Shown: positions 54,020 to 62,694 of the stretch, one piece after another | How positions within the stretch are numbered: the stretch's first letter is position 1 | How the letters are laid out: the number at the start of each line of letters is the position of its first letter | Assembly (NCBI GenBank): GCA_040756415.1 | Contig: JBFLYZ010000015.1 | Coordinates: 87 to 64,086 of the forward strand | DNA from: Bacteroidota bacterium | GTDB lineage: Bacteria; Bacteroidota; Bacteroidia; JADZBD01 | Direction of reading: 5' to 3' | Length of the DNA stretch: 64,000 nucleotides | Notes under the pieces: generated by a model | Databases searched by the model: none | Seen by the model: only the letters and a program-made list of their open reading frames with translations | Told to the model about the DNA's origin: nothing | Position numbers and translations under genes: made by a program

Positions 54020-56554
54020 TCATTGAATGAGGAGCTTTAGTGAATGCTCGCGCTCACCGGAGCGGATCCTGAGCAAATAAACGCCCTTGGCCTGCGTGCG
54101 CAGATCGATCAATGCTCCCGTGCTCATCGATCGGCCGGTGTACACCAGCTCACCCAGGGTATTATACACATCCAGGTCGTATTGCCCCGCGCCCGGCAAC
54201 AGGAGCGCGAATGTGCCGCTGGAAGGATTCGGGTAAACGGCCGGGAGGGAATTGGCGCCCGTCTCATCAAGGCTTGTGGTGAGCGGAGTGCAGCTCCATG
54301 CAGCCGAGAAGCCGGCATTTTCCACGAATGGATCGGAGATGAAATGCAGGGTGAGTGCTCCGCCCGAGGAGGTAATGCTTCCTGGTGAGTTCATTCCGGT
54401 ATAGCCACCGATCAGCGGGGCGTTGGTGGAAGCCCCATCGTAGATGTAAAGCGAATCGTAGTTGAGCTCCAGGTCGAATGCCGAAAAGCTGATGGTAACC
54501 GAAGCGGCATTGGTGGGAGCGATGGTATAGGTCCAGTCCTCGTTGCCCGCGTAGGCGCCCGATGGCCCCCCGCTGTCATCGATGGTGCCCGAGCAGTTGT
54601 TATCGGTATAGGCGCAAACGGGCGTGGTAAAGGAGCCACCGTAGGTTTGGGTGCTTCCGTTCCAGATGCGCCAGTAATAGGTGGTTCCGGGCTCGAACTT
54701 CAGGTAAGTATTGCAGTTGGGATAATCGCAAAAGCTTCCCGGGCACACAGTGGAGGTGAGGTTGCTCACGTCCTTGTTCCAGAAATACGAGAAGTTGGGA
54801 TCGTCCGACACATCCACGAACCATCCGTTGCCGCTGTTGGTCCAGTTGAGGGTAACACCGATGACCGGGCAGTTGCCGGCCGTAACGCTGAGGTTGGCGG
54901 GGAGGTTGTTCTGCACGCAGCTCCAGGTGGCGCTCCAGCCCTGGTCAACGGTATTGATGTCGGAGGTGAACCGTACCGTGAGCGCGCTGCCGGTGGAAGT
55001 AACGGTACCGGGCGAATTGGTGCCTGTGTAAGTGCCAATCAGGGGGCTGGTGGTGCTGGGCCCGTCATAGATGTACATAAAATCCCAGCTATTCTCTATG
55101 CTGAAGCTGCTGAAGCTGAGCGTTACCTGCGATGCGTTGGGCGGGGCAATGGTGTAGGTCCAGTCTTCGTTATCGTAATAATTACCCGGTCCGCCCAGGT
55201 CGCGGAAAGTTCCGCTGCAGGGCTGGGGCTGCGCGCAGGTGGTGAACTTATCCTGTATGGCATTCCAGCAGGCCGTATAGCCGTCATCATAACCCAGGGC
55301 CCATATCCCAATTCCCGCAATGTCGAGGAAATTCACCATGTCGTACTTGGCCGCCAGGCTGTACTCGTCATCGTACCAGGTCTGCCGCCACCCGGGGTTC
55401 TGGTACATATAGTAGGGGGTAGAGGAGGGGGAGTTCCACTGGTAGCCATAGGTCTGCGAATTGGGAACCGCATTATAATATACCACGGCCGTACCGGCCC
55501 CGGTGGTGGTGGCGTTAATGGCGTTGCTTGTAGTAGGCCAGTCGTAGCCGTAATACGGTACGCCCAGGCAGAGCTTGCTGGGTGAAACACCATCGTTCAG
55601 GTAATACACCACCGATTTGGAACAGTCGATGGTAGGCCAGTTGTTGCCGTGGTTGAGTGGCGATACCGGGCCGGCATTGGCGCTGTTCTTCCAGTGGTAG
55701 TCGTAGCCCATAATGATGAAGAGGTCCACGTAGGGGTTCATGGCTGCTACATCGAAGATGTTGCTCCAGTCGACTGCAGGCAGGGCGATAGAGACCTGCG
55801 ATCCGGGGATGGCCGCGTGCATCTGGTTGCAGAGGTCGATCATGAACTGGGTGAATGCCGCGCTGTTGGAAGCGCTCATGCCTTCGAAATCGATGTTCAC
55901 CCCGTTGGCATTGCGCTGCTGGATCAGCGAGATCATGGTGCTGATAAAGTTCTGGCGGGCCGTGGCGTTGTTCAGGAAGGTAGTATGGTTGCTGAACAGG
56001 GTGGCGCAGAGGTTAACGCGGCAGCCCGCGTTCTGCGCGTTGGTCACCGCCCCGCTCGTCAGCCAGTTGTGAATGGTGGTATAGCCGCCCGTGCTGGGGT
56101 TCACTTCGTACGAGAAATAGCTCAGGTCCGAAAGCAGGGTGTAATCGTAATTATTGTACTGCGTGGAGCTGATCCAGTACGGGTTCCACCCGAACACGAT
56201 CTTGTTGAGCGGGCAGTTGCCCTGGGCCTGCTGTTTTTTATAGGCCGAGGCCTGCGGGTTCTGCGCGCGATAAAGCGAGTCCCACTGCGCTTCGGTGCTC
56301 AGGCCGTATCGCGCGTATTCTTCGGATTGCACCTGGAAAATGGAGCGAAAGCTCTGCGGGCCTTCCGGCTCGCTTTTGACACCGAAAATGGTTTGAGAGC
56401 CGCTGATCAGCGAGCCGCCCAGCTCTACGCTTACCTCCTCTTTTGCGTCATTCACCAGCGTGAAGCGCGACTGGGCCCCGGGGATGCCTTTCTTTTGCTG
56501 GGCGCTCAGGCACAGGGCCAGGCAGGCAGCGGGCAGGAGGAGGAGTTGTTTCAT
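54020..56554 (-). CDS. GH18 glycoside hydrolase with two CUB domains and T9SS type A CTD
   Basis: NGVNIDFE, IMGYDY, GVPYYGYDW, GIGIWALG; CUB motifs (YIYDG..SPLIG..G, FTSD); VYPNPS CTD. Confidence 0.9.
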   Translation of the reverse strand: MKQLLLLPAACLALCLSAQQKKGIPGAQSRFTLVNDAKEEVSVELGGSLISGSQTIFGVKSEPEGPQSFRSIFQVQSEEYARYGLSTEAQWDSLYRAQNPQASAYKKQQAQGNCPLNKIVFGWNPYWISSTQYNNYDYTLLSDLSYFSYEVNPSTGGYTTIHNWLTSGAVTNAQNAGCRVNLCATLFSNHTTFLNNATARQNFISTMISLIQQRNANGVNIDFEGMSASNSAAFTQFMIDLCNQMHAAIPGSQVSIALPAVDWSNIFDVAAMNPYVDLFIIMGYDYHWKNSANAGPVSPLNHGNNWPTIDCSKSVVYYLNDGVSPSKLCLGVPYYGYDWPTTSNAINATTTGAGTAVVYYNAVPNSQTYGYQWNSPSSTPYYMYQNPGWRQTWYDDEYSLAAKYDMVNFLDIAGIGIWALGYDDGYTACWNAIQDKFTTCAQPQPCSGTFRDLGGPGNYYDNEDWTYTIAPPNASQVTLSFSSFSIENSWDFMYIYDGPSTTSPLIGTYTGTNSPGTVTSTGSALTVRFTSDINTVDQGWSATWSCVQNNLPANLSVTAGNCPVIGVTLNWTNSGNGWFVDVSDDPNFSYFWNKDVSNLTSTVCPGSFCDYPNCNTYLKFEPGTTYYWRIWNGSTQTYGGSFTTPVCAYTDNNCSGTIDDSGGPSGAYAGNEDWTYTIAPTNAASVTISFSAFDLELNYDSLYIYDGASTNAPLIGGYTGMNSPGSITSSGGALTLHFISDPFVENAGFSAAWSCTPLTTSLDETGANSLPAVYPNPSSGTFALLLPGAGQYDLDVYNTLGELVYTGRSMSTGALIDLRTQAKGVYLLRIRSGEREHSLKLLIQ
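54276..54901. repeat. ~626-bp direct repeat, copy A
   Basis: Matches 58626-59251 at offset 4350; 54387-54769 identical by eye. Confidence 0.95.
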
Positions 56555-56594
56555 GTTTTGAGAATGATGAGCCAAATTATGAAAAATCCTAAAC

Positions 56595-56622
56595 AAAAAA
56601 CCCCCGTTCCGGGGGCATTTTA
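56595..56622 (-). terminator. Possible terminator hairpin
   Basis: A-tract AAAAAA-CCCCCG-TTC-CGGGGG between the PepSY-like and GH18 genes. Confidence 0.5.
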
Positions 56623-56636
56623 TAAATACGATACAC

Positions 56637-57116
56637 TCATTTTTTCACTTCTTCCGTTTCCTCGATCTTGCTCAGCATTTTGCCGTCAGCGGAGTAATAC
56701 ACCTTATATTCCACCTCTTTGCCGTCCTTCTTGCCCTCGAGCTCTATCTCGTAGCTTAACAATCCGCTCTTTTCCACTTTCGAGAACTCCTCCATCTTGA
56801 AGCCCGCAAAGTTCCTGGCCGCGCTATCGAGCACGGCCTGGGGAACAGCCCCTTTCTTGATCGCCCATTCCTTCTCGATGATGTTGCCATCGGCCGTAAT
56901 GGTCACGGAGGTCTTTACCTTATTCTGTTTGAACGTGGCCTGGTAGTTATTGCCTTCTTTTTCCCACTTCACTTTTTTTATGTCACCGTAAAAGGCCAGG
57001 AACTTTTTCATGACTACGTCAGGCACGTTCTTGGCGTCTATCTTTTCTTCTTTTTCCTGCGCGGATAGGGAGAAGGCCACAGATAGAGCGATCCAGGCAG
57101 CAAGCAGTGTTTTCAT
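56637..57116 (-). CDS. Periplasmic PepSY-like / beta-lactamase-inhibitor-like protein
   Basis: Signal peptide; two repeats VP.VV...F..., WEKE..YQATF..., YEIELE...ADGK. Confidence 0.8.
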   Translation of the reverse strand: MKTLLAAWIALSVAFSLSAQEKEEKIDAKNVPDVVMKKFLAFYGDIKKVKWEKEGNNYQATFKQNKVKTSVTITADGNIIEKEWAIKKGAVPQAVLDSAARNFAGFKMEEFSKVEKSGLLSYEIELEGKKDGKEVEYKVYYSADGKMLSKIEETEEVKK

Positions 57117-57124
57117 ACCTTTTT

Positions 57125-58333
57125 TTAATTGATAATAAGCTTAGATACCGATTGGCTGCTGCCATCGTTCAGGCGTACGAAGTATATCCCTTCGGGCAGC
57201 ATCAGCTCCCGGATATTGATCTTCACGGTCTGTTTTCCGGAGGGCAGGTTGTGCTGAAGCACCTTAACGGGCTTGCCCGTAAGGTCGAACAGCTCGATCT
57301 TCACATTCCCGCTGGAGGAATGGAAAAAAGATACCGAGAAGAGTCCCGAAGCAGGGTTGGGGTATACGCTCATGCCCAGCGCTGCCTTGTCCGCCTCGTT
57401 CATCCCCACACCGCTGGGTACCCTGTACTTGCGGAAAAGGCCGTTCTTGCCCCCGCAATAACCTACCGAGTCGTGCGGGAAATGAACGGAGAACAGGCGC
57501 TGCGCGGTCTGCGAATTCTGCAGGGTCCAGGTCTGGCCCGCGTTCTTGGTCATATAGATCTTCCCCGAATCGCCAACCACCCATCCGGTGGTGTCGTTCA
57601 CGAAATAAACCGAGTTGAACGTTTCGTCCGATACCGGCTGAACATTGGTAAAGACAGAGCCATCGGTATTGAGCACCTTGCTGTTCTTGCCCACCACAAA
57701 GCCTTCTGTTGCCGAAGCAAAGCAAAGCGATTTCAGGCTGTCGGTTGTAGAGGTGGTCTCCGTGTTCCACGTGGTTCCGCCATCGGTGGTGGAGAGGAAA
57801 GTGCCGTTCTCGCCACAGGCGTAGCCCGTGCTGGAGTTGATCATCCAGATGCTGAACAGGTCATTGCTTCCCGGAACGGTCTGCGGGCTCCAGGTGGTGC
57901 CGCCATTGGTGGTCTTTAAGATCATGGGGCCCGTGCCTACGGCCCAGCCGGTGTTGGCGTCAACGAAATACACTCCGTAAAAATCCTGTGTGGTGCTTTG
58001 GGTCTGGGGCGTCCAGGTGCTGCCGCCATTGGTGGTCTTTACTATGGTGCCGTCATCGCCTACCATCCAGCCGGTGCTTGAATTGACCATATAAATAGAG
58101 CGGATGGGGAGCGTAACCGTAGAGTTTTGCGATACCCAACTGCCGGTAACTCCGCCAGCGGTGGTCTTCTTCACAAAACCGCCCGCACCGGCAACCCAGC
58201 CGGTGGTGGAATCGGTAAAAAATACCGAGTAAATATCGGTGGTGAGCCCGGTATTGTAATAGGTCCATTGCTGCTGCGCGCCAGCAGCCGTTGTCATCGC
58301 GATAGCCGCAAGCAGGGAGTAGATCTTTCTCAT
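57125..58333 (-). CDS. YCF48-like beta-propeller protein with T9SS type A CTD
   Basis: Repeats S.YF.D..TGW.VG..G.I.KTTNGG.TW; VYPNPA CTD. Confidence 0.9.
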   Translation of the reverse strand: MRKIYSLLAAIAMTTAAGAQQQWTYYNTGLTTDIYSVFFTDSTTGWVAGAGGFVKKTTAGGVTGSWVSQNSTVTLPIRSIYMVNSSTGWMVGDDGTIVKTTNGGSTWTPQTQSTTQDFYGVYFVDANTGWAVGTGPMILKTTNGGTTWSPQTVPGSNDLFSIWMINSSTGYACGENGTFLSTTDGGTTWNTETTSTTDSLKSLCFASATEGFVVGKNSKVLNTDGSVFTNVQPVSDETFNSVYFVNDTTGWVVGDSGKIYMTKNAGQTWTLQNSQTAQRLFSVHFPHDSVGYCGGKNGLFRKYRVPSGVGMNEADKAALGMSVYPNPASGLFSVSFFHSSSGNVKIELFDLTGKPVKVLQHNLPSGKQTVKINIRELMLPEGIYFVRLNDGSSQSVSKLIIN

Positions 58334-58342
58334 AAAACGGGT

Positions 58343-60835
58343 TTAGTTGGCGAACAATTTGACATACGAGCTTTTACCGTTGCAGCTTAGCCACAGCGTA
58401 TAAATGCCCTTAGCCAAAACTAACTCATTAAAGTCAATCTCCAAACTGTGTTCGCCCGATTGTTGATTTGCTTCGGCAAATAACAATATTTCCCTGCCCA
58501 GTACATCGATGAGCTTAATTTCCACCTTGCTGTCGCTGCCCAGGCTGTAGCTGATCGTGGTCGACCCGCTGAACGGATTGGGATAAGCGTGGATGCCCGA
58601 TACATTATCCAGCTCGCTCACAGCGGTGGTGAGCGGGGTGCAGCTCCATGCAGCCGAGAAACCGGCATTTTCCACGAATGGATCGGAGATGAAATGCAGG
58701 GTAATGGCCCCGGTGCCGGAAGTGATGCTCCCGGGCGAGTTCATTCCGGTATAGCCACCGATCAGCGGGGCGTTGGTGGAAGCCCCATCGTAGATGTAAA
58801 GCGAATCGTAGTTGAGCTCCAGGTCGAATGCCGAAAAGCTGATGGTAACCGAAGCGGCATTGGTGGGAGCGATGGTATAGGTCCAGTCCTCGTTGCCCGC
58901 GTAGGCGCCCGATGGCCCCCCGCTGTCATCGATGGTGCCCGAGCAGTTGTTATCGGTATAGGCGCAAACGGGCGTGGTAAAGGAGCCACCGTAGGTTTGG
59001 GTGCTTCCGTTCCAGATGCGCCAGTAATAGGTGGTTCCGGGCTCGAACTTCAGGTAAGTATTGCAGTTGGGATAATCGCAAAAGCTTCCCGGGCACACAG
59101 TGGAGGTGAGGTTGCTCACATCCTTGTTCCAGAAATACGAGAAGTTAGGATCGTCCGACACATCCACGAACCATCCGTTGCCGCTGTTGGTCCAGTTGAG
59201 GGTAACACCGATGACCGGGCAGGTGCCGGCCGTAACGCTGAGGTTGGCGGGCACCACCACGCTGCTGTTGCTGGTCCAGTTGGCGTTCCACCCGGCATCG
59301 GTGGAAGAGCAGTCGCTGCGGAACTCGAGCGTTATGGCACCGCTGTTAGCGGTGACCGTTCCGGGCGAGCCGGTGCCGGTATAGTAGCCGATCAGCGGGG
59401 CCCATACATCCGTGCCGTCATAGATATAGAGGTAGTCCCAGGTGTTTTCGAGGTTGAATGAGCTGAAGGTGAGCGATACCTGCGTGGCATTGGCCGGGGC
59501 GATCACCCACACGCTGCGCTCATCATCCACGTAGTTCCCGGTGGGCCCGCCCGAATCGTAGATGGTGCCGGTGGCCGCTGTATAGGTGGTAGGCGTGGGC
59601 TGTGTATTGATCAGCTTGTAGAAATAATCCCAGTCCCAGTTCACGCCCGGGTCGGTATGGGTCTGGCTGGGATAATGCATATGCCCCTTTACCTTGGCGC
59701 AGGAGCCGGGTATGGACGACTGGTTGTAATAGGTGGTGTTCATCCAGGGCCAGAAGCCGGTGCGGAGCGGGTCTATGCCATGGCTCCAGCATATGTCAGC
59801 GGTGAGCGCTGCCGATGCCTGGTACATGGCGGTGGTGTACCAGCCCGTTTGGGATACATAGCCTTCGTGCTCTATGCCTACGGTATAAGAGTTCTGGTTG
59901 CCCACATGCCAGCCGGTATTCGATTCGAGCACCATTTGGGTGATCTGCCCGTCAGAGCTGCGTACCACGTAATGGGCCGAAACGCCCGCCTGGCAGTTCT
60001 GGAACCAGGATATGCAGCCGGCATAGCTTCCCTGCACGGTGTGGATGGTTACGGCCGAAACGGCCGCGCTGCGTCCTACGCTGTAGTTACAGCTTGCGGC
60101 AGGGTTCCAAAGGGCGGGGCCGTAGTCAGGCGATTGGGTAACGGGCAATCCGTCACCTACCTTAAAGGTGTTGCCGTTCTTGTCCTCGATATCGGTGGAT
60201 GATATTTTTACCGAAGGGGAGGACAGGATATCGTAATTGGTGCCGAAGTAGGCTTTGAGGTCGAACCCGGGATCGGGAAAATTATAGCGGGCCTGGTTCT
60301 CGGCAGCGGTCATGAATGAAAGTATGCCGTAAAGCTGGGTGTACAGGGCAAAATACTGGGCCTTGTCCTGGTGGGGCAGCTCGCTCAGGGCCACCAGCGC
60401 CCATACCGTTTCGTGTATGTTCCCGTTTGGCGTTTCGCTGTCTTTGGCGGCCTGCAGCAAAATATCATAGGCTTTTGCGTACGCGAGTATGCTTTTTTCG
60501 GGAGAGGCGATGATCTCCTCCACGCTGTAGCCCGAAAGGGTGGAAACATATTTCAGGTTTTCCGCAAAATAGTTTTTCCCGTCAAGGATCAGTCCCATTA
60601 CGCTATAGGCTTTGGGCATTCCTATGCAGCTTTCCTCTTCGTTACCGCTAAGGTGGTAAAAGCGCGTGTTGGCAAAAGCCACGGCTTCGAGCACCCCGCG
60701 TTTGATGTGGGGATAAAGCTGGTAGGCCTTATCGAAGTGCTGCTGGTAGGGATTGGTAACAGCCGGATCGGTGGGGGATGAGGAGAGAGCGGAGAAAATC
60801 ATGGCAAAAAACAGGAGCGCGGTAATTTTTCTCAT
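58343..60835 (-). CDS. N-acetylmuramoyl-L-alanine amidase (Amidase_2) with two CUB domains and T9SS type A CTD
   Basis: TIHTVQG, SAHYVV, WHVG, GIEHEG, GH...HTDPG; CUB x2; AYPNPF CTD. Confidence 0.92.
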   Translation of the reverse strand: MRKITALLFFAMIFSALSSSPTDPAVTNPYQQHFDKAYQLYPHIKRGVLEAVAFANTRFYHLSGNEEESCIGMPKAYSVMGLILDGKNYFAENLKYVSTLSGYSVEEIIASPEKSILAYAKAYDILLQAAKDSETPNGNIHETVWALVALSELPHQDKAQYFALYTQLYGILSFMTAAENQARYNFPDPGFDLKAYFGTNYDILSSPSVKISSTDIEDKNGNTFKVGDGLPVTQSPDYGPALWNPAASCNYSVGRSAAVSAVTIHTVQGSYAGCISWFQNCQAGVSAHYVVRSSDGQITQMVLESNTGWHVGNQNSYTVGIEHEGYVSQTGWYTTAMYQASAALTADICWSHGIDPLRTGFWPWMNTTYYNQSSIPGSCAKVKGHMHYPSQTHTDPGVNWDWDYFYKLINTQPTPTTYTAATGTIYDSGGPTGNYVDDERSVWVIAPANATQVSLTFSSFNLENTWDYLYIYDGTDVWAPLIGYYTGTGSPGTVTANSGAITLEFRSDCSSTDAGWNANWTSNSSVVVPANLSVTAGTCPVIGVTLNWTNSGNGWFVDVSDDPNFSYFWNKDVSNLTSTVCPGSFCDYPNCNTYLKFEPGTTYYWRIWNGSTQTYGGSFTTPVCAYTDNNCSGTIDDSGGPSGAYAGNEDWTYTIAPTNAASVTISFSAFDLELNYDSLYIYDGASTNAPLIGGYTGMNSPGSITSGTGAITLHFISDPFVENAGFSAAWSCTPLTTAVSELDNVSGIHAYPNPFSGSTTISYSLGSDSKVEIKLIDVLGREILLFAEANQQSGEHSLEIDFNELVLAKGIYTLWLSCNGKSSYVKLFAN
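58626..59251. repeat. ~626-bp direct repeat, copy B
   Basis: Matches 54276-54901. Confidence 0.95.
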
Positions 60836-60906
60836 GGGATATGGTTTAGCTTGGTCGCTAAATTATAAAAGTTCATGGAGAAAAACAAGTAATTGGTCGA
60901 ACAGGA

Positions 60907-61446
60907 CTATAAGCCTATGCTGATGCCTCCCCTGATCCAGGGGCTGCGGGGATAGGAGTAATAGGTTTCGTTGAGGTTCCAGAGCACCATCAGGAAGGCG
61001 TAGCTGCTGCCCATGCCCTGCTTGATGCCACCGCCCACCCAGATATTATTGATCCAGGTGCGCCCGGGGCGGAAATAGTCGAACTCGCCATTGAGCCACT
61101 GGTACTCGGCATGGAGGAAAACGAATTCGAGCACATTGAAGCGGTTGAACAGGCTGGCCCCGTAAATGCTGGTGCGGTAGGTGGGAGTGCTGGACTTATC
61201 GCTATAGTAAATATAGGTGAGGCCCAGCCCGGCCGAATAGCGCGGGGTGATCTCGTAGCCGATGAGCGGTGAAATGTTGAGCAGGAAGGAGCTGCCGGTA
61301 AATCCCCCTCCTATGTCACCGCCCGTGTACACCTTGTCCCAACTGAAGCCGCTTTTTTTCCTGGGCATCATCTGCTCGTTGAACTGCGCGCTGGAAGCGA
61401 GGCTGGCCAGGAGGGCGAGGCCGGTTATGCAGCTTAAAAAGTTCAT
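60907..61446 (-). CDS. Hypothetical exported protein, probable small beta-barrel
   Basis: Signal peptide; Gly/aromatic amphipathic strands. Confidence 0.7.
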   Translation of the reverse strand: MNFLSCITGLALLASLASSAQFNEQMMPRKKSGFSWDKVYTGGDIGGGFTGSSFLLNISPLIGYEITPRYSAGLGLTYIYYSDKSSTPTYRTSIYGASLFNRFNVLEFVFLHAEYQWLNGEFDYFRPGRTWINNIWVGGGIKQGMGSSYAFLMVLWNLNETYYSYPRSPWIRGGISIGL

Positions 61447-61498
61447 TCAGGTAAAATTACTAAATCAATTCGTACTTTCGTAAGCCTAACGCAAAAAC

Positions 61499-62203
61499 AT
61501 GAACGTTATTGTAACCGGGACATCGCGGGGAATAGGCAGGGAGCTGGTAAAAGCTTTTTGCCGGAAAATAAGATCGGGAACGATCTATGCCTTTACCCGC
61601 AGGGAGGGCGTAACAAAACCTCTCAGAAGGGATTGCGAGGCCATCAACCCCGCTGTGAACGTTCATGGGGTGATTCATAATATGAATGCGCGCAGCTACG
61701 ATGCGTACCGCGAGCAGTTGTTCCCCAAAAACATCAGGATCGATATTATCGTCAATAATGCGGGAATGCTGGTGAACAAGCCCTTCGGCCGTATTACCCA
61801 GGAGGAGCTCAGGGCGGTATATGACGCCAACCTTTTTTACCCTTTCGGTATCATCCAGGCCTGCCTGCCGAGGATGAGGAAAGGTTCTCATATCGTGAAC
61901 ATATCCAGCATGGGAGGCGTGCAGGGCAGCGCCAAGTTCCCGGGGCTGAGCGCTTATTCTTCGAGCAAGGGCGCCCTGGCCGTGCTGAGCGAATGCCTGG
62001 CCGAGGAATTCAAACCAAAGGGCATTGCGGTGAATTGCCTGGCCCTGGGAGCGGTGCAAACCGAGATGCTGAAGGAGGCCTTTCCCGGGTACAAGGCCCC
62101 TCTTAGCGCCAGGCAAATGGCGGAGTTCATCGCGGATTTCTCTTTGAAGGGGCATCGCTACTTCAACGGCAAAATACTGCCGGTGTCGCTTTCAACCCCC
62201 TAG
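61499..62203 (+). CDS. SDR oxidoreductase
   Basis: TGTSRGIG, NNAG, YSSSK. Confidence 0.92.
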   Translation: MNVIVTGTSRGIGRELVKAFCRKIRSGTIYAFTRREGVTKPLRRDCEAINPAVNVHGVIHNMNARSYDAYREQLFPKNIRIDIIVNNAGMLVNKPFGRITQEELRAVYDANLFYPFGIIQACLPRMRKGSHIVNISSMGGVQGSAKFPGLSAYSSSKGALAVLSECLAEEFKPKGIAVNCLALGAVQTEMLKEAFPGYKAPLSARQMAEFIADFSLKGHRYFNGKILPVSLSTP

Positions 62204-62248
62204 TTTAACCGCAAAGAACGCAAAGCAAATTCGCAAAGGGCGCAGAGA
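62204..62248. repeat. Upstream arm: 4 x CGCARAG
   Basis: TTTAACCGCAAAGAACGCAAAGCAAATTCGCAAAGGGCGCAGAGA. Confidence 0.9.
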
Positions 62249-62251
62249 AAA

Positions 62252-62629
62252 ATGACTGAAAACGAGTTATCGAATAGAATCATAGGCCTCGCTATTGAAG
62301 TTCACAATGTTTTAGGCCCCGGCCTGCTCGAAAGCGCTTATAAAGAATGCCTTTATTATAAGATCCTGCAAGCCGGCATTCCCGTTGAGAAGGAAAAACC
62401 TATGCCGCTTATATTTGAAAAAGTAAGGCTGGACTGCGGATACCGGATCGATCTCGTGGTGAACGGTAAGCTTGTGATAGAGGTTAAAAGTGTAGAAGCG
62501 CTCAATGATATTTATTTGGCCCAGACCCTAACTTATCTAAAGCTTGGCGATTATAAATTGGGCTTGCTTATTAATTTCAATGTATTGAGATTAAAAGACG
62601 GCATCAAAAGGGTAGCAAATGGGTTGTGA
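62252..62629 (+). CDS. GxxExxY protein (PD-(D/E)XK nuclease fold)
   Basis: AIEVHNVLGPGLLESAYKECL, YRIDLVV, IEVKSV, AQTLTYLKL, GLLINFN. Confidence 0.95.
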   Translation: MTENELSNRIIGLAIEVHNVLGPGLLESAYKECLYYKILQAGIPVEKEKPMPLIFEKVRLDCGYRIDLVVNGKLVIEVKSVEALNDIYLAQTLTYLKLGDYKLGLLINFNVLRLKDGIKRVANGL

Positions 62630-62675
62630 CCTTTGCGTTTCTTTGCGCTGCTTCTTTGCGTGCTTTGCGGTAAAA
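62630..62675. repeat. Downstream arm: 4 x CTTTGCG (inverted)
   Basis: CCTTTGCGTTTCTTTGCGCTGCTTCTTTGCGTGCTTTGCGGTAAAA. Confidence 0.9.
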
Positions 62676-62694
62676 ACTGAAATATTTTAGAAAT

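Noticed and set aside
54276-59251. Diversity-generating retroelement TR/VR pair (suggested also by the Avd-related four-helix gene)
   Set aside because: No reverse transcriptase in the window, both copies are coding, and the differences are mostly synonymous and not confined to adenines.
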